Positions 39,370 through 51,589 are shown, counted from the first letter of the stretch. The stretch is 64,000 nucleotides of DNA from Candidatus Omnitrophota bacterium (GCA_023247055.1 JAHFHF010000002.1:16710-80709); one strand, 5' to 3'. Made by a program: numbers and translations. Notes: generated from the sequence alone by a model not told the origin.

Positions 39370-39804
39370 TTAACCGATCAAAACAGCCTGGCCCTTGGCT
39401 TTTTCAATCTTGGCTTTAGCAGACTCGCTGAATTTATGCGCTTTAATCACAACCGGACGGCTCAAGCTGCCATTGCCGAGAACTTTAACGCCGGTCTTGG
39501 CGGTTTTAATCACGCCGCGTTCAACCAGCAATTCCGGCGAAACTTCAGCAACGCCAAGGGCTTCAATGCGGTCGAGATTGACTACGGCATAATCAGAAGC
39601 AAAAGCTGCGTTATTGAATCCGCGCTTGGGAAGCTTACGGTATAAAGGGTTCTGACCGCCTTCAAACCCCGGACGGATGCGGGCGCCAGAGCCAGAACGC
39701 GCCAGCTGACCTTTGTGCCCCTTCGTCGAAGTCTTGCCATGGCCTGAACCGATTCCGCGGCCAAGGCGTTTGCGGCGTTTTTCGTAAGGTTTTTTAGCTC
39801 TCAT
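39370..39804 (-). CDS. rplO: 50S ribosomal protein L15
   Basis: 144 aa; Gly/Arg-rich N-terminus. Confidence 0.93.
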   Translation of the reverse strand: MRAKKPYEKRRKRLGRGIGSGHGKTSTKGHKGQLARSGSGARIRPGFEGGQNPLYRKLPKRGFNNAAFASDYAVVNLDRIEALGVAEVSPELLVERGVIKTAKTGVKVLGNGSLSRPVVIKAHKFSESAKAKIEKAKGQAVLIG

Positions 39805-40364
39805 GACACCACAGCCTCTGCCTGCTCCTCGAACCGGATGCGTTTGTCGGAAAGCTGCTTCAAACCGTCAACCGTTGCTTTCAAAACATTAATGGCATTG
39901 TCACTGCCCAGGCTCTTAGTCAAAATGTCTTTAATCCCGCACGATTCACAAACCGCGCGCACGGCACCGCCGGCAATAACGCCCGTACCCGGCATCGCCG
40001 GCTTCAACATCACCTTCGCGGCTCCGTAGCGTCCCATGACTTCATGCGGAATTGTCGTCCCTTTTAAAATAATACGCACTTTGTTCTTACGCGCAGCGGC
40101 GAGTGATTTACGAATCGCATCCGAGACTTCCCCGGCCTTGCCGATCGCAAAACCAATTTCGCCCGTGCCATTTCCAATAATAACCAGCGCGCTAAAACTG
40201 AAACGTTTGCCGCCCTTGACCACTTTGGCGCAGCGGTTGATTTGAATCACTTTTTCAAAAGGAAAATCACTGGGCGCAGCGGCCTGCCCTTCGCGTTTGC
40301 GCGGCCCCGACCCTTGACTGCGGTCTGGCTGGCCTGTCTTTTTTTCCCGTTTTACTTCACTCAT
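39801..40364 (-). CDS. rpsE: 30S ribosomal protein S5 (N-terminal extension)
   Basis: 187 aa; conserved core with a charged 40-aa N-terminal extension; no rpmD (L30) gene between rplO and rpsE. Confidence 0.93.
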   Translation of the reverse strand: MSEVKREKKTGQPDRSQGSGPRKREGQAAAPSDFPFEKVIQINRCAKVVKGGKRFSFSALVIIGNGTGEIGFAIGKAGEVSDAIRKSLAAARKNKVRIILKGTTIPHEVMGRYGAAKVMLKPAMPGTGVIAGGAVRAVCESCGIKDILTKSLGSDNAINVLKATVDGLKQLSDKRIRFEEQAEAVVS

Positions 40365-40714
40365 ACCTGAACCCCCGCTTCTCTAAGTGCTTCGGCTACG
40401 GCTTTGACTCGGCCGTGGTAGAGATACCCGCCGCGGTCAAAGCAGACTTTCTGGATTCCTTTTTCAAGCAATTGTTTACCGAAAGAAAGGCCAAGTTGTT
40501 TGGCCGCATTGGTTTTGCCCTTGACGCCCTTTGAGACGCTTTCATCGCGGGTCGAAGCCGCCAGCAGCGTATGCTGACCAATGTCATCAATGGCCTGGAC
40601 ATAAATATTTTTCAGCGAACGGTGGACGCTCACGCGCGGACGCTCGGTCGTGCCTTCGACTTTCTTACGAAGTCTTTGATGTCTTTTAACGCGCCCTGCT
40701 TCTTTTTTACTCAT
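40361..40714 (-). CDS. rplR: 50S ribosomal protein L18
   Basis: 117 aa. Confidence 0.93.
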   Translation of the reverse strand: MSKKEAGRVKRHQRLRKKVEGTTERPRVSVHRSLKNIYVQAIDDIGQHTLLAASTRDESVSKGVKGKTNAAKQLGLSFGKQLLEKGIQKVCFDRGGYLYHGRVKAVAEALREAGVQV

Positions 40715-40716
40715 AA

Positions 40717-41253
40717 CTAACCTACCGTTTTTCCTTGCTTGCGGCGGATATGCTCGCCGACATAGTGAATACCCTTGCCTTTATAAGGTTCCGGCTTGTG
40801 GTAGCGGCGGATTTCCGCGGCCACTTGTCCAACTTGCTGTTTATCGTTGCCGCTGACTGCAATCTGTGTCGGCTTTGCGCAAACAATCGTAATGCCGTCA
40901 GGAATGGCATAGTCAATCGGATGCGTAAATCCAAGCACCAGGTTCAGGATTTTCCCTTTGACCTGGGCCTTGAAACCAACACCTTCCATTTCGAGTTCTT
41001 TCTTATAACCTTCCGTCACACCGACGATCATGTTCTGAATCAGGCTGCGGATCAAGCCGTGCAAAGCCCGGTCCATACGAATGTCGGTTGCACGCGAAAC
41101 TTCAACCTGGTCTTTGTTGACCGTAACCTTGATGCGCGGATGGATTTCCGTTTCAAGCTTGCCCTTGGGTCCCTGCACGCTAACGCGCGTTCCGCTCATC
41201 TGGACCTTGACGCCGCTTGGGATCACAACAGGTTTTTTCCCGATTCTTGACAT
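40717..41253 (-). CDS. rplF: 50S ribosomal protein L6
   Basis: 178 aa; MSRIGKKPV N-terminus. Confidence 0.94.
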   Translation of the reverse strand: MSRIGKKPVVIPSGVKVQMSGTRVSVQGPKGKLETEIHPRIKVTVNKDQVEVSRATDIRMDRALHGLIRSLIQNMIVGVTEGYKKELEMEGVGFKAQVKGKILNLVLGFTHPIDYAIPDGITIVCAKPTQIAVSGNDKQQVGQVAAEIRRYHKPEPYKGKGIHYVGEHIRRKQGKTVG

Positions 41254-41269
41254 ATTCAGCCTTTCCGGA

Positions 41270-41668
41270 TTACCAGACCGTACAAAGAATTTCGCCGCCG
41301 ACCTTGTCCAGCCGGGCCTGCTTGTCCGTCATGACGCCTTTGGAAGTCGACAAAATCGCAATTCCAAGGCCTGCACGGACTTTTTTGATACTATCACTTG
41401 CCGTATAAACGCGGCAGCCGGGTTTGGAAATTTTACGGATACCTTGAATGGCGGGTTTTTTGTCGCGCATATACTTCAAGTGGATCCGCAGAAAACGCTT
41501 GGGGCCTTCAGAAAAAGTTTTGCAGCTTCCGATAAAGCCTTCTTTTTTGAGAATTTCCGCGATCTGCTCACACGCCTTGGAGGACTTCAGAGTCACCACA
41601 TCCTTGTGCGCCGTCACCGCATTGCGAATCACTGTTAAAAAATCTGCTACAAAATCAGAACACGCCAT
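41270..41668 (-). CDS. rpsH: 30S ribosomal protein S8
   Basis: 132 aa. Confidence 0.94.
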   Translation of the reverse strand: MACSDFVADFLTVIRNAVTAHKDVVTLKSSKACEQIAEILKKEGFIGSCKTFSEGPKRFLRIHLKYMRDKKPAIQGIRKISKPGCRVYTASDSIKKVRAGLGIAILSTSKGVMTDKQARLDKVGGEILCTVW

Positions 41669-41722
41669 AGATTTCTCTTTCCCGTAAGGGCGGGTTCCAA
41701 ACCCGCCTTGAGTTATTTAGCT

Positions 41723-41908
41723 TTACCAACTCGATCGCGTGACGCCGGGAATGATTCCCTGGTTCGCCAATTCGCGGAAACAAATTCTGCACAGCCCGAA
41801 TTTACGGATAAAACCGCCGGAACGGCCGCACTGACGGCAGCGGTGGTAACGGCGCACTTCAAACTTGGGTTTTCTTTTCTGTTTTACAACAAGACACGTT
41901 TTTGCCAT
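41723..41908 (-). CDS. rpsZ: 30S ribosomal protein S14 type Z (zinc-binding)
   Basis: 61 aa; CRQCGR...CRIC zinc motif. Confidence 0.92.
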   Translation of the reverse strand: MAKTCLVVKQKRKPKFEVRRYHRCRQCGRSGGFIRKFGLCRICFRELANQGIIPGVTRSSW

Positions 41909-42501
41909 TACGCATTCTCCTGCCGGGCCGGTTTTGGCTGTTTTTTAATAAAGGGCAGCCCCATGAGCTCCAGCAGCCGCTTGGCTTCTGCGTCAGACTG
42001 TGATGTCGTTACGATCGTCACGTCCATACCCTGAGTTTTTTTGATCTTATCAAATTCAACTTCCGGAAAAATAATCTGCTCTTGAATGCCAAGGGTGTAG
42101 TTTCCGCGGCCGTCAAAACTTTTATCGCTATAACCCCGGAAGTCGCGGATGCGCGGCATCGCAATCGAAAATAACCGGTCCAGAAATTCATACATGCGCG
42201 CGCCGCGCAGCGTCACTTTGGCGCCGATCGGCTGGCCCTGGCGCAGCTTAAAAGCCGAAATAGATTTCTTGGCGCGTGTCACAACCGGCTTTTGCCCGGT
42301 AATGACCGCCAGTTCGCCCACTACATGTTCGAGAATTTTAACGTCTTCTTTGCCTTCTTTGATGCCCATATTGACCACGACTTTGACAAGCCGGGGAACG
42401 CGCATCACATTCGCGTATTTAAACTCCTGCGAAAGCGCGGGAACGACGCTTTCGCGGTAACGAATGAGCAGATTTGGTTTTTTTGAATTGACCGTTGTCA
42501 T
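41908..42501 (-). CDS. rplE: 50S ribosomal protein L5
   Basis: 197 aa. Confidence 0.94.
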   Translation of the reverse strand: MTTVNSKKPNLLIRYRESVVPALSQEFKYANVMRVPRLVKVVVNMGIKEGKEDVKILEHVVGELAVITGQKPVVTRAKKSISAFKLRQGQPIGAKVTLRGARMYEFLDRLFSIAMPRIRDFRGYSDKSFDGRGNYTLGIQEQIIFPEVEFDKIKKTQGMDVTIVTTSQSDAEAKRLLELMGLPFIKKQPKPARQENA

Positions 42502-42806
42502 AACACTTCGCCTGATTTTTTACTGACGCGTTGTTTGGTGCCGTCAGCCAAAAACGTGTAGCCAATACGCGTCGGCTTGCCGGTGCGCGGACAGATCAGC
42601 ATGACTTTGGACGCGGAAATGGGCACTTCCATCTTAGAGATACCGCCCTTGGGGTTCTGCTGGCTTTTGCGCATGTAAAACGTACGGTAGTTGATTTTCT
42701 CAACAATCACGCTGTTTTTGGCAGGTAGAACTTGGAGCACTTTACCCTTTTTGCCGCGGTCTTTTCCCGCCGTTACAATGACTTGATCATCTTTCTTGAG
42801 ACGCAT
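42498..42806 (-). CDS. rplX: 50S ribosomal protein L24
   Basis: 102 aa; KOW motif. Confidence 0.93.
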   Translation of the reverse strand: MRLKKDDQVIVTAGKDRGKKGKVLQVLPAKNSVIVEKINYRTFYMRKSQQNPKGGISKMEVPISASKVMLICPRTGKPTRIGYTFLADGTKQRVSKKSGEVL

Positions 42807-42808
42807 GA

Positions 42809-43177
42809 TTACAATACCTCGGGTGCCAGTGAAATAATTTTTGTAAATTGCCGGTCACGCAGCTCACGGGCCACGGGCCCAAAAATGCGCGTGCCGCGCG
42901 GATTTTTTGCATTGTCGATAAGCACGAGCGCGTTGGATGAAAACTTGACCACCGAACCATCTTTACGCTTAATTGGCGAACGGGTACGGACAATCACACC
43001 CTTAACCACCTCGCCTTTTTTGACGCTTCCTTTTGGAATCGCTTCTTTGACGGAAGCCGTAATAATGTCGCCGATTTCAGCCGTTCTTTTTCCGTGACGG
43101 CCGATCACACCGATCATGGAAGCTTTTTTTGCGCCGCTGTTATCTGCGATCTGCAAAATGGAACGGATTTGGATCAT
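42809..43177 (-). CDS. rplN: 50S ribosomal protein L14
   Basis: 122 aa; [17 protein letters not shown]. Confidence 0.95.
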   Translation of the reverse strand: MIQIRSILQIADNSGAKKASMIGVIGRHGKRTAEIGDIITASVKEAIPKGSVKKGEVVKGVIVRTRSPIKRKDGSVVKFSSNALVLIDNAKNPRGTRIFGPVARELRDRQFTKIISLAPEVL

Positions 43178-43437
43178 GACGCAAGCACCTTGATTAAACG
43201 CCAGCGCTTTGTTTTTGAAAGCGGGCGTGTCTGAATAATACGGACTTTGTCACCGGCCTTGGATTGATTGGTATCGTCGTGCACGGCGTATTTGATTTTA
43301 CGGCGAATCGTCTTTTTGAACTGCGAATGCGTCATCAGCCGCGTCACTTCTACAATGCGGGTCTTGTCCATCTTGTCGCTGACGACAACCCCTTCACGCA
43401 CCTGGCCTTTATCAACGTTTGCGTTTTCCACAACCAA
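43174..43437 (-). CDS. rpsQ: 30S ribosomal protein S17
   Basis: 87 aa. Confidence 0.92.
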   Translation of the reverse strand: MVVENANVDKGQVREGVVVSDKMDKTRIVEVTRLMTHSQFKKTIRRKIKYAVHDDTNQSKAGDKVRIIQTRPLSKTKRWRLIKVLAS

Positions 43438-43446
43438 CCTCGTAAG

Positions 43447-43746
43447 TTATTTGCTGGATTTTACCGGCGTTTTCTTAACGGTTTTTTTGGCAGTTTCTTT
43501 TTTGACGGCTGCCGGCTTCACAGTCTTGGCTTTGACCGGGGCTTGCACTTCCACCCCCGCGGCTTTTTGTTCCTGGATAACCGTCAAAAGACGGGCAATA
43601 TCCCGCCGTGTCAGTTTCAGGCTGTTTTTGGTTTCGAGTTTCCCGGTCTTCGCTTGAAAGCGAAATTGCATCAGGTTCTTCTTGAGCTGAGAAACTTTTT
43701 CCTGCAGTTCGTCGATTCCCAAATTTCTAACATCCGCGATTTTCAT
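43447..43746 (-). CDS. rpmC: 50S ribosomal protein L29 with a Lys/Ala-rich C-terminal tail
   Basis: Core L29 in residues 1-65; tail AAGVEVQAPVKAKTVKPAAVKKETAKKTVKKTPVKSSK. Confidence 0.88.
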   Translation of the reverse strand: MKIADVRNLGIDELQEKVSQLKKNLMQFRFQAKTGKLETKNSLKLTRRDIARLLTVIQEQKAAGVEVQAPVKAKTVKPAAVKKETAKKTVKKTPVKSSK

Positions 43747-43749
43747 AGA

Positions 43750-44166
43750 TTAAACCTCTGTCCGTCGCACAAACTTGGTGCGAAAGGGGATCTTATGAGC
43801 GCAAAGACGCAGGGCCGACTTAGCCAACTGCTCTGGAATCCCCCCCATTTCAAAAATAATACGGCCGGGCTTGACCTTGACGATGTAATATTCCGGCGCG
43901 CCCTTACCCTTACCCATGCGGGTTTCCGCAGGTTTTTTCGTATAAGAATGATCCGGGAAAACGCGCAGCCAGACTTTTCCACCGCGCTTCACATGACGCG
44001 TCAGCGCCACGCGCGCCGCTTCAATTTGAATGCCCGTGAGATTACCGCGATCAAGCGCCTTCAAGGCAAAATCACCGAACGCAATACTGCTGCCGCGCGT
44101 TGCAATACCGCCCATCCACCCGCGCTGCTGTTTACGAAACTTGACCCGTTTCGGCTGTAAGGCCAT
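43750..44166 (-). CDS. rplP: 50S ribosomal protein L16
   Basis: 138 aa. Confidence 0.95.
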   Translation of the reverse strand: MALQPKRVKFRKQQRGWMGGIATRGSSIAFGDFALKALDRGNLTGIQIEAARVALTRHVKRGGKVWLRVFPDHSYTKKPAETRMGKGKGAPEYYIVKVKPGRIIFEMGGIPEQLAKSALRLCAHKIPFRTKFVRRTEV

Positions 44167-44168
44167 GA

Positions 44169-44948
44169 TTAATTCCCTTTGCTTTCTTCAGTCGCATCAG
44201 AAACAGCCGGCGCATCCGTCTTCACGACACTTTCAGCCGCAGGAACGGCAGGTTCTGAGCCTGCGCGTTCTTCGGCCAAACGGCGGCGTTCCCGCTCTTG
44301 ACGAATGGCCGCTTCTTCTTTTTTGACCAAAATATCGCCCTTATAAACCCAGACTTTGCAGCCAATGACGCCGTAAGTCGTAAACGCTTCGGCAAAACCG
44401 TAATCAATGTCAGCCCGCAGGGTGGTCAAAGGGACTTTGCCTTCATGGTAGCCTTCTTCTCGGGCAATTTCAGCGCCGCCCAAACGGCCCTTGCATTTGA
44501 CCTTGATTCCCAAGGCGCCTTTTTGCATGGCGCCCTGAACCGCTTTTTTCATTGCCCGGCGGAAACCGATGCGTTTTTCCAGCTGCCCCGTAATATTTTC
44601 AGCCACAAGCTGCGCATCCGTCTGCGGCGACTTGACTTCTTTAATATCCAAAAAGACTTCACTCTTCGTAAGCTTGTTCAAGCCCTCGCGGATCTTGTCA
44701 ATTTCCTGGCCGCGGCGGCCGATGATGACGCCCGGACGGGCCGTAAAAATACGGACGCGGATGCGGCCTGTGGACCGCTCGATCTCAATGTTAGAAATCC
44801 CCGCATGCGCCAGGGTTTTCTTCACATGCTTGCGGACACTAATATCTTCTTCAAGCGTATTGGCAAGGTTCTTTCCTGCGAACCATCGGCTCTTCCATGG
44901 CTTGATGTATCCCAGTCTCAGTCCGTACGGATGCGCTTTCTGACCCAA
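44169..44948 (-). CDS. rpsC: 30S ribosomal protein S3 (with a charged C-terminal tail)
   Basis: 259 aa; KH domain. Confidence 0.94.
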   Translation of the reverse strand: MGQKAHPYGLRLGYIKPWKSRWFAGKNLANTLEEDISVRKHVKKTLAHAGISNIEIERSTGRIRVRIFTARPGVIIGRRGQEIDKIREGLNKLTKSEVFLDIKEVKSPQTDAQLVAENITGQLEKRIGFRRAMKKAVQGAMQKGALGIKVKCKGRLGGAEIAREEGYHEGKVPLTTLRADIDYGFAEAFTTYGVIGCKVWVYKGDILVKKEEAAIRQERERRRLAEERAGSEPAVPAAESVVKTDAPAVSDATEESKGN

Positions 44949-44959
44949 GATATTCCCCC

Positions 44960-45445
44960 TTATGCCTTTGCCGCGGCTTTGGTCTTGCGCTTTTTCGGCG
45001 CAGCCTCTACAGCCCCGGCTTGTTCGGCCGCTGCAGTGGATTTGACCGCAGGTTGTCCAAAACTTTTGTTGCCTTCAGTCAAAACGATCGATAAGTGGCT
45101 TGTGCGCTTAAGAAGACGGTCGGCACGGCCCATCGAACGCGGCATAAAGCGCTTCAGCGTAAACGAAGCATCCGCACGAAAGTCCGTGATCAAAAGCCGG
45201 GTTTCATCCAGGCCGCTGCCTTTGGCATTGGCCACGGCGCTTTTCAGGACTTTGCCGGCAATGCGTGCGCCCTTCTGGGGCAGCGTAGCCAAAATGTCCA
45301 AAGCCTGCAGGGCCGGTTTTTTCCGGACCGCTCCAATCACGCGGCGCAGTTTCCGCGGTGAAATTCTCAGGTACCGGGCAATCGCTTTCGAGCATTTCGG
45401 ATTTCCCGGATGCCGTTCTTTATGTGATTTTTTTCCCATAATCAT
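44960..45445 (-). CDS. rplV: 50S ribosomal protein L22 (C-terminal Ala/Lys tail)
   Basis: 161 aa. Confidence 0.9.
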   Translation of the reverse strand: MIMGKKSHKERHPGNPKCSKAIARYLRISPRKLRRVIGAVRKKPALQALDILATLPQKGARIAGKVLKSAVANAKGSGLDETRLLITDFRADASFTLKRFMPRSMGRADRLLKRTSHLSIVLTEGNKSFGQPAVKSTAAAEQAGAVEAAPKKRKTKAAAKA

Positions 45446-45450
45446 TCAGC

Positions 45451-45750
45451 TTAGGTTTTAGCGCCTACAGCGGCGGCCTTGGTTTTGTCCTGCGAAGTGC
45501 TGTGTTTCTTAAATGTGCGGGTCGGGGAAAATTCACCCAGCTTATGCCCGACCATGTTTTCCAGCACAAAAACGTTGTTAAAAATTTTTCCGTTATGCAC
45601 GGCAAAAGTCAGCCCCACAAATTCAGGCGTTATCGTGCTTCGGCGGGACCAGGTCTTAATCGGCCGGCGGTCATTTTGTTTTTTGGCCACTTTGACTTTT
45701 TCATACAATCTCTCGTCTACAAAAACGCCTTTTTTTGATGAACGGCTCAT
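45451..45750 (-). CDS. rpsS: 30S ribosomal protein S19
   Basis: Start at MSRSSKKG (ATG 45750); the track ORF over-extends into rplB. Confidence 0.92.
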   Translation of the reverse strand: MSRSSKKGVFVDERLYEKVKVAKKQNDRRPIKTWSRRSTITPEFVGLTFAVHNGKIFNNVFVLENMVGHKLGEFSPTRTFKKHSTSQDKTKAAAVGAKT

Positions 45751-46574
45751 TTTCTCCGGTCCCTCACGATGTACTTGCCGCTGGCTTTTTTGCGTTTGCG
45801 GGTTTTCAGTCCTTTGGATTTCTGGCCCCATGGGCTCTGGGGATGATTACCGCCCTTTGACTTACCTTCGCCGCCGCCCATCGGATGGTCGACAGGATTT
45901 TTTGCAATGCCGCGCGTTTTGCCCTTGCGTCCGAGCCAACGGGTGCGCCCGGCTTTTCCAAGCACCAGGTTTTCTTTATCAATGTGCGAACACTGCCCCA
46001 CGGTTGCAAAAGCATTCAGGCTCACCATACGAATTTCACCTGAAGGCATTTTCAAATGCGCAAAATCGTTTTCTTTTGAAAGAATCTGCGCCACGCCGCC
46101 GGCGGCACGCACGAGTTTACCGCCCAAACCAGGCTGAATTTCAATGTTGTGTACCGGAGTTCCTTCCGGAATATTGCGCAGGGGCACGTGATTGCCAATG
46201 CGGATTTCCGCTTGAGGCCCGCTCATCACCGTTTCGCCGACTTTCAGGCTGTCCGGGCACAAAATATAGCTTTTTTCGCCGCCTTGATACTCGATAAGCG
46301 CAATGCGCGAAGTGCGGCACGGGTCATATTCAACGGTCAACACCTGGGCCGCGACGCCATGACGCGGACGTTTAAAGTCCACGAGACGCAGACGCTGCTT
46401 GTGTCCGCCTGAAATGCCACGTGATGTAATGCGGCCGTGATTGTTGCGGCCGCCCGTTCTTTTCAACGCCACTGTCAACGGACGATACGGTTTGTCTGCA
46501 GTCAATTCGGCAAAGTCAGCGCTATTGCCAAAACGGCGCGTTGGTGTCGTCGGTTTAAATTTAATATAAGCCAC
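45747..46574 (-). CDS. rplB: 50S ribosomal protein L2
   Basis: Start reassigned to the GTG at 46574 ([14 protein letters not shown]) just after the rplW stop; 275 aa. Confidence 0.9.
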   Translation of the reverse strand: MAYIKFKPTTPTRRFGNSADFAELTADKPYRPLTVALKRTGGRNNHGRITSRGISGGHKQRLRLVDFKRPRHGVAAQVLTVEYDPCRTSRIALIEYQGGEKSYILCPDSLKVGETVMSGPQAEIRIGNHVPLRNIPEGTPVHNIEIQPGLGGKLVRAAGGVAQILSKENDFAHLKMPSGEIRMVSLNAFATVGQCSHIDKENLVLGKAGRTRWLGRKGKTRGIAKNPVDHPMGGGEGKSKGGNHPQSPWGQKSKGLKTRKRKKASGKYIVRDRRK

Positions 46575-46585
46575 AGGAGTCTCTC

Positions 46586-46873
46586 TTAAGTCGTAATGTC
46601 GATTTTTTCGCCGGTTTTTAAAGTCACAATCGCTTTCTTCCACGCCGCAGTCCGGCCCGGTTGAAACCGGACTCTGCGCCATTTGCCTTGCTTGTTCATG
46701 GTATTCACGCTGGTCACATGCACATTAAACATCTTTTCAATACTGGACTTAATTTGTTTCTTATTCGCGTCCGCATGCACCTTGAACGCATATTTACCCT
46801 GTGATTCTTCCTGCGCCGCTATTTTTTCAGTAATTACCGGCTCCAAAATCACATCATAGACATGCAGTTTCAT
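46586..46873 (-). CDS. rplW: 50S ribosomal protein L23
   Basis: 95 aa. Confidence 0.93.
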   Translation of the reverse strand: MKLHVYDVILEPVITEKIAAQEESQGKYAFKVHADANKKQIKSSIEKMFNVHVTSVNTMNKQGKWRRVRFQPGRTAAWKKAIVTLKTGEKIDITT

Positions 46874-46884
46874 AAAATTTTTCC

Positions 46885-47535
46885 TTACTCAGCTTTTGCG
46901 GTTTGAGCCGCGCCCACGGCCGCTTCAAGAACCGGCAGAGCGTCTTCTTCGATAATTAATTTCGTCCGGCGCAGCACATGATAAGCATTCAGGTCTGCAG
47001 CTTTGCGCACTCTCACCCACTCGCTCATATTCCGGCTGGCGCGTTTCAGCGGCTCACCGAAATCTTTCACCACGCACAAAGTGCTTTTGCCTTGAACCGG
47101 CAGCGCTGAAAAAAGTTTGACGAGCTCTTTGGTTTTTCCGTTCTGTGACTGGACCGCTTCTAAGACAACGATGTTGTTTTCGCTCGCACGCAGCGAAAGC
47201 GCCGAAACCAAGGCTTGTTTTTTCATGCCCTTCGGCAGATTCACGTAGTAACTGCGAGGGTGCGGACCAAAAACCGTGCCGCCGCCGCGCCAAACTGGAG
47301 AGCGGGTGGAGCCGGCACGCGCACGGCCTGTACCCTTTTGCTTCCAGGGTTTCTTGCCACCGCCGCGCACATCTTTGCGCGTTTTGGTCTGGGCAGTGCC
47401 ATGGCGCAAATTGGCGGCAAAGGCCTTGTTCACAAGAGCCAGCAGACGCTTATTGACGCGCGCGCCAAACAACGCGGCGCTAAGCTCGACGTCTTTTTGC
47501 TTTTTTCCCTCTTTAGAGTAAAGGGGTACCTTCAT
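46885..47535 (-). CDS. rplD: 50S ribosomal protein L4
   Basis: 216 aa. Confidence 0.94.
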   Translation of the reverse strand: MKVPLYSKEGKKQKDVELSAALFGARVNKRLLALVNKAFAANLRHGTAQTKTRKDVRGGGKKPWKQKGTGRARAGSTRSPVWRGGGTVFGPHPRSYYVNLPKGMKKQALVSALSLRASENNIVVLEAVQSQNGKTKELVKLFSALPVQGKSTLCVVKDFGEPLKRASRNMSEWVRVRKAADLNAYHVLRRTKLIIEEDALPVLEAAVGAAQTAKAE

Positions 47536-47565
47536 AAATTTAAATTTTCCTCAGTTCGTCAAATT

Positions 47566-48279
47566 TTAAGATTGAACGGCCGCGGTTTCGGAACCGGTCT
47601 GGCTGGCATCCGTCTTCAATTTCCACTTACGCCCTTTGGCGGGTCTTTTCAAAGCCATTCTTACCACAAGGCACGTGCCTTCAGCGCCGGGGACCGCACC
47701 GCGCAAAGCTAGAATGCTTTGCTCGGAATCGACTTTGACGACAGCCAAATTTTGGACCGTAATCAGATCCTGCCCCATATGCCCAGGCAAACGCTTTCCC
47801 TTGCGAACTTTTTTCCGGCAGCCATTGCCGCCGGCGCGCGAACCGATACCACCCGGCTCACGTCCCATTTTTGTACCATGGGCGCCGTAACCGCCTTTGA
47901 AATGATGGCGTTTGACAACACCCTGAAAACCTTTTCCGATTGAAACGCCGGAGACATCCACATAATCACCCGGCTGAAACATGCTGACATCAACCGCTTT
48001 AGCGAGATCCACGCCTTCAACTTCGTCCGTACGGATTTCGCGCACAAACCGCATCGCCGGCAAGTGCAGCTTTTTAGCGGCGCCAAGTTCGGCTTTATTC
48101 GCATGCTTTTCTTTGAGCGGATCCAATCCAAGCTGGACTGCGGAATAACCCTCTTTGTCCTTCTTGCGCAGCGCCGTCACATGGCAGGAAGTCGCATCGA
48201 TCAGGGTGACGGGGACTTGGCGGCCCTCTTCATCAAAGATCTGCGTCATGCCAATTTTTTTTCCAAGCAATCCGATCAT
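47566..48279 (-). CDS. rplC: 50S ribosomal protein L3
   Basis: 237 aa. Confidence 0.95.
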   Translation of the reverse strand: MIGLLGKKIGMTQIFDEEGRQVPVTLIDATSCHVTALRKKDKEGYSAVQLGLDPLKEKHANKAELGAAKKLHLPAMRFVREIRTDEVEGVDLAKAVDVSMFQPGDYVDVSGVSIGKGFQGVVKRHHFKGGYGAHGTKMGREPGGIGSRAGGNGCRKKVRKGKRLPGHMGQDLITVQNLAVVKVDSEQSILALRGAVPGAEGTCLVVRMALKRPAKGRKWKLKTDASQTGSETAAVQS

Positions 48280-48587
48280 AACTTGATTTCCACATCCACA
48301 CCGGCCGGCAGATCTAGTTTCATCAAGGCATCAACCGTACGGGACGTGGGCTCCTCAATCGCAATAAGACGTTTGTGTGTTCTGACTTCAAATTGATCGC
48401 GGGACTTTTTATCAATCGTCGGACCGCGCAGCACGGTGGTCTTCCAGATCTGCGTCGGAAGAGGAACCGGCCCGATCACTTTGGCGCCCGTGCGTTTGGC
48501 CGTTCCCACAATTTCAAGAACCGACTGGTCCAAAATGCGGTGGTCATACGCTTTGAGTTTAATTCTGATTTTTTCTTTAACGGCCAT
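48276..48587 (-). CDS. rpsJ: 30S ribosomal protein S10
   Basis: 103 aa. Confidence 0.95.
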   Translation of the reverse strand: MAVKEKIRIKLKAYDHRILDQSVLEIVGTAKRTGAKVIGPVPLPTQIWKTTVLRGPTIDKKSRDQFEVRTHKRLIAIEEPTSRTVDALMKLDLPAGVDVEIKL

Positions 48588-48594
48588 AGGTCCC

Positions 48595-50679
48595 TCAGCT
48601 TACCATGATTTTTTCAGCGATTTGACGAGGCACTTCCTGGTAGCTGTTAGGCTCCATGGAGTACGTTGCCCGGCCCTGAGAAAGGGAGCGCGTCGCCGTT
48701 GCGTAACCAAACATTTCGGCCAAAGGCACAAGACCCTTAACCGTTTTCAAATGGCCTTTGTTCGCCATTTCCTGAATGATGCAGCGGCGGGAATTTAAAT
48801 CGCCAATAATGTCGCCCATATACTCATCGGGAACGACAACTTCGACCAGCATCATCGGCTCCAGAAGAACGGGCTTTGCCTTTCTGAAGGCTTCTTTAAA
48901 ACCAAGAATACCCGCCATCTTAAAAGCAATTTCGGAAGAGTCGACGTCGTGGTAGCTGCCGTCTGTCACCGTGGCCTTCACGTCCGTCACTGGATAACCC
49001 GCCAACACACCATTCGTACAGGCATCCATCACACCCGCTTCAACCGCCGGGATGTATTCACGAGGAATCGAGCCTCCCACTGTTTCGTTGACAAACTCAA
49101 TGCCTTTGCCGCGTTCAAGCGGCTCGATCTTAATGTAGCAATGACCGTACTGACCGCGGCCGCCGGTTTGTTTGATAAATTTACCTTCGGCTTCGGCACC
49201 GGCTGTAATCGTCTCGCGATACGCGACCTGCGGCTTACCCACATTAAGCAAAACGTTATATTCGCGTTTCATAATGTCCGTTTTAATATCAAGATGCAAT
49301 TCACCCATGCCGCCGATCAAGGTTTGGCCGGTTTCATGGTCGCTGCGTACACAGAACGTCGGGTCTTCCGCAACAAGACGCGTAATGGCTTCGGACATAC
49401 GATCACGGTCCGCTTTGGTTTTGGGCTCAACCGCCATCCAAATAACCGGCTCAGGAACGAACAAGGATTCCAATACAATCGGTTTATCTTCCACGCAAAG
49501 CGTGTCGCCCGTTTTAATTTCTTTCAGCCCGACGGCCGCCACGATATTTCCCGCGCCCGCCTCTTCGATTTATTCGCGTTTGTTTGAATGCATTAAAAGC
49601 AAACGGCCGATACGTTCTGTCCGGCCGTTGCGGGGATTGTAAACATAAGAACTTGAGGAAAGAACACCTGCATAGATGCGGATAAATGTAAGAGAACCGA
49701 CGAATTTATCGCTTGCGATTTTGAAGGCAAAACACGTCAAAGGCTCAGATTCAGAAGCTTTACGTTCAATGGCCAGGTCTTCTTTGCTGGGATCCATGCC
49801 CTTCGTCGGCGGCACATCCAAGGGAGAGGGCAGATAATCGACGACGGCATCTAAGAGCTGCTGAACGCCTTTATTTTTCAAGGCTGAGCCGCAAATGACG
49901 GGCGTCATCTTAAGCGCAATAGTCACCCGGCGGATCCCCGCTTTAAGTTCCTCGTTTGTCGGCAGCTGGCCTTCGAGATATTTATTCATAATCGCGTCAT
50001 CGAGTTCCGCGACTTTTTCAACCAAATGTTCACGGGCCTTTTTGGCTCTTTCGACTTGATCTGCGGGAATTTCAACCACGTCAAACTTGGCGCCAAGCGA
50101 ATCATCTTGGAAAATAATGGCTTTCATGAGGATAAGATCAATGATACCGATGAACAAATCTTCTTTACCCACATTGAGTTGAATCGGAACCGCATTTGCA
50201 CCCAACTGATCCTTCATTTGCTGCACGTTTTCTTCGAAGCGGGCGCCCGTACGGTCCATCTTATTGATAAATGCAATACGAGGAACATTGTAACGGTCGG
50301 CTTGACGCCAAACTGTTTCAGACTGGGGCTCTACACCTTCCACTGCGCCAAAAACGGCTACACAGCCATCCAGCACGCGCAGAGAACGTTCAACTTCAAT
50401 CGTAAAATCCACGTGGCCGGGAGTATCGATTAGATTAATGCGGCAATCTTTCCAAAAGCAAGTCGTCGCAGCGGACGTAATCGTGATGCCTCGTTCCTGC
50501 TCTTGCTCCATCCAATCCATAACTGCCGTACCTTCGTGCACTTCGCCGATTTTGTACGTGCGGCCGGTGTAATAAAGGATGCGTTCGCTCGTCGTGGTTT
50601 TACCGGCATCAATGTGCGCAGCAATTCCGATATTGCGAATGCGTTCAATGGGAAAATGGATTTTTTTGTCGTCGCTCAT
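48595..50679 (-). CDS. fusA: Elongation factor G, reading frame interrupted by a single in-frame TAA at 49570-49572
   Basis: The two track ORFs (49570-50679, G domain; 48595-49542, domains II-V) are in the same frame (50679-49542 = 1137 = 3x379). Joined, they give a 694-aa EF-G reading ...[25 protein letters not shown]..., with the stop at a conserved Glu codon. Confidence 0.85.
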
Positions 50680-50720
50680 AAAAAACTTCTATTCCTTAAA
50701 AATAAATTTTTCTAAAAATC

Positions 50721-51188
50721 TTACCAGCGGTAATGCGCAAAAGCCCGGTTCGACTCGGCCATCTTGTGCACGTCTTCACGCTTTTTCACAGACGAGCCGG
50801 TCTTTTGATAGCTGTCTAAGATTTCCTGCGCAAGTTTCACCCGCATGGGCTTTCCCTTGCGCTCGCGGGAATACTGACGAATCCAGCGCAGGGCCAGCGT
50901 GTAACCGCGGTCAGGTCTGACACTTACAGGGACCTGATAAGTTGCACCACCCACCCGGCGCGATTTGGTCTCAAGCAAAGGGCGGACATTATCTACTGCC
51001 TGCTTTAAAACTTCAAGAGGTTCTTTTCCGGTTTTCTCTTTGACGATTTCCATCATCCCATAGACAATACCCTGAGCAGTGGACTTTTTGCCTCTTTCCA
51101 TAACAATATTGATCAATTTAGCGATCAATTTGTCATTATAAATCGGATCCGGCAATATTTTACGTTTCGGTGCGCTGCGTCTTCTCAT
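50721..51188 (-). CDS. rpsG: 30S ribosomal protein S7
   Basis: 155 aa. Confidence 0.95.
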   Translation of the reverse strand: MRRRSAPKRKILPDPIYNDKLIAKLINIVMERGKKSTAQGIVYGMMEIVKEKTGKEPLEVLKQAVDNVRPLLETKSRRVGGATYQVPVSVRPDRGYTLALRWIRQYSRERKGKPMRVKLAQEILDSYQKTGSSVKKREDVHKMAESNRAFAHYRW

Positions 51189-51208
51189 GAGTTCTTAGAC
51201 CTCGTCCT

Positions 51209-51589
51209 TTAGGTTTTTTTAGGCGTCTTAGCGCCGTACTTGGAACGTGAACGGTTACGGCCGGCCACGCCGGTCGCATCCAGTTTTCCGCGCACGATGT
51301 GATAACGAACGCCGGGAAGATCTTTCACACGGCCTCCGCGCACGAGCACAATCGAGTGTTCTTGAAGATTATGTCCGACACCGGGAATGTATGCGGTCAC
51401 TTCCTGGCCGTTGGTCAAACGTACGCGCGCAATTTTACGCAGCGCCGAGTTTGGTTTTTTGGGCGTCTGAGTTCTGACGATCAAACAAACGCCTTTGCGA
51501 AACGGACAGTTTTGCAGGGCCGGCGATTTGGTTTTATTGCTAAACCGCCGTCTGCCTTTACGAATTAATTGATTGATGGTCGGAGCCAT
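51209..51589 (-). CDS. rpsL: 30S ribosomal protein S12
   Basis: 126 aa; conserved [10 protein letters not shown]; the start overlaps the rpoC stop. Confidence 0.95.
   Translation of the reverse strand: MAPTINQLIRKGRRRFSNKTKSPALQNCPFRKGVCLIVRTQTPKKPNSALRKIARVRLTNGQEVTAYIPGVGHNLQEHSIVLVRGGRVKDLPGVRYHIVRGKLDATGVAGRNRSRSKYGAKTPKKT

Noticed and set aside
48595-50679. I considered two separate genes for a split EF-G (an N-terminal GTPase and a C-terminal fragment).
   Set aside because: Both ORFs are in the same frame and are separated only by one TAA at a conserved Glu codon. They are treated as a single fusA with an in-frame stop.
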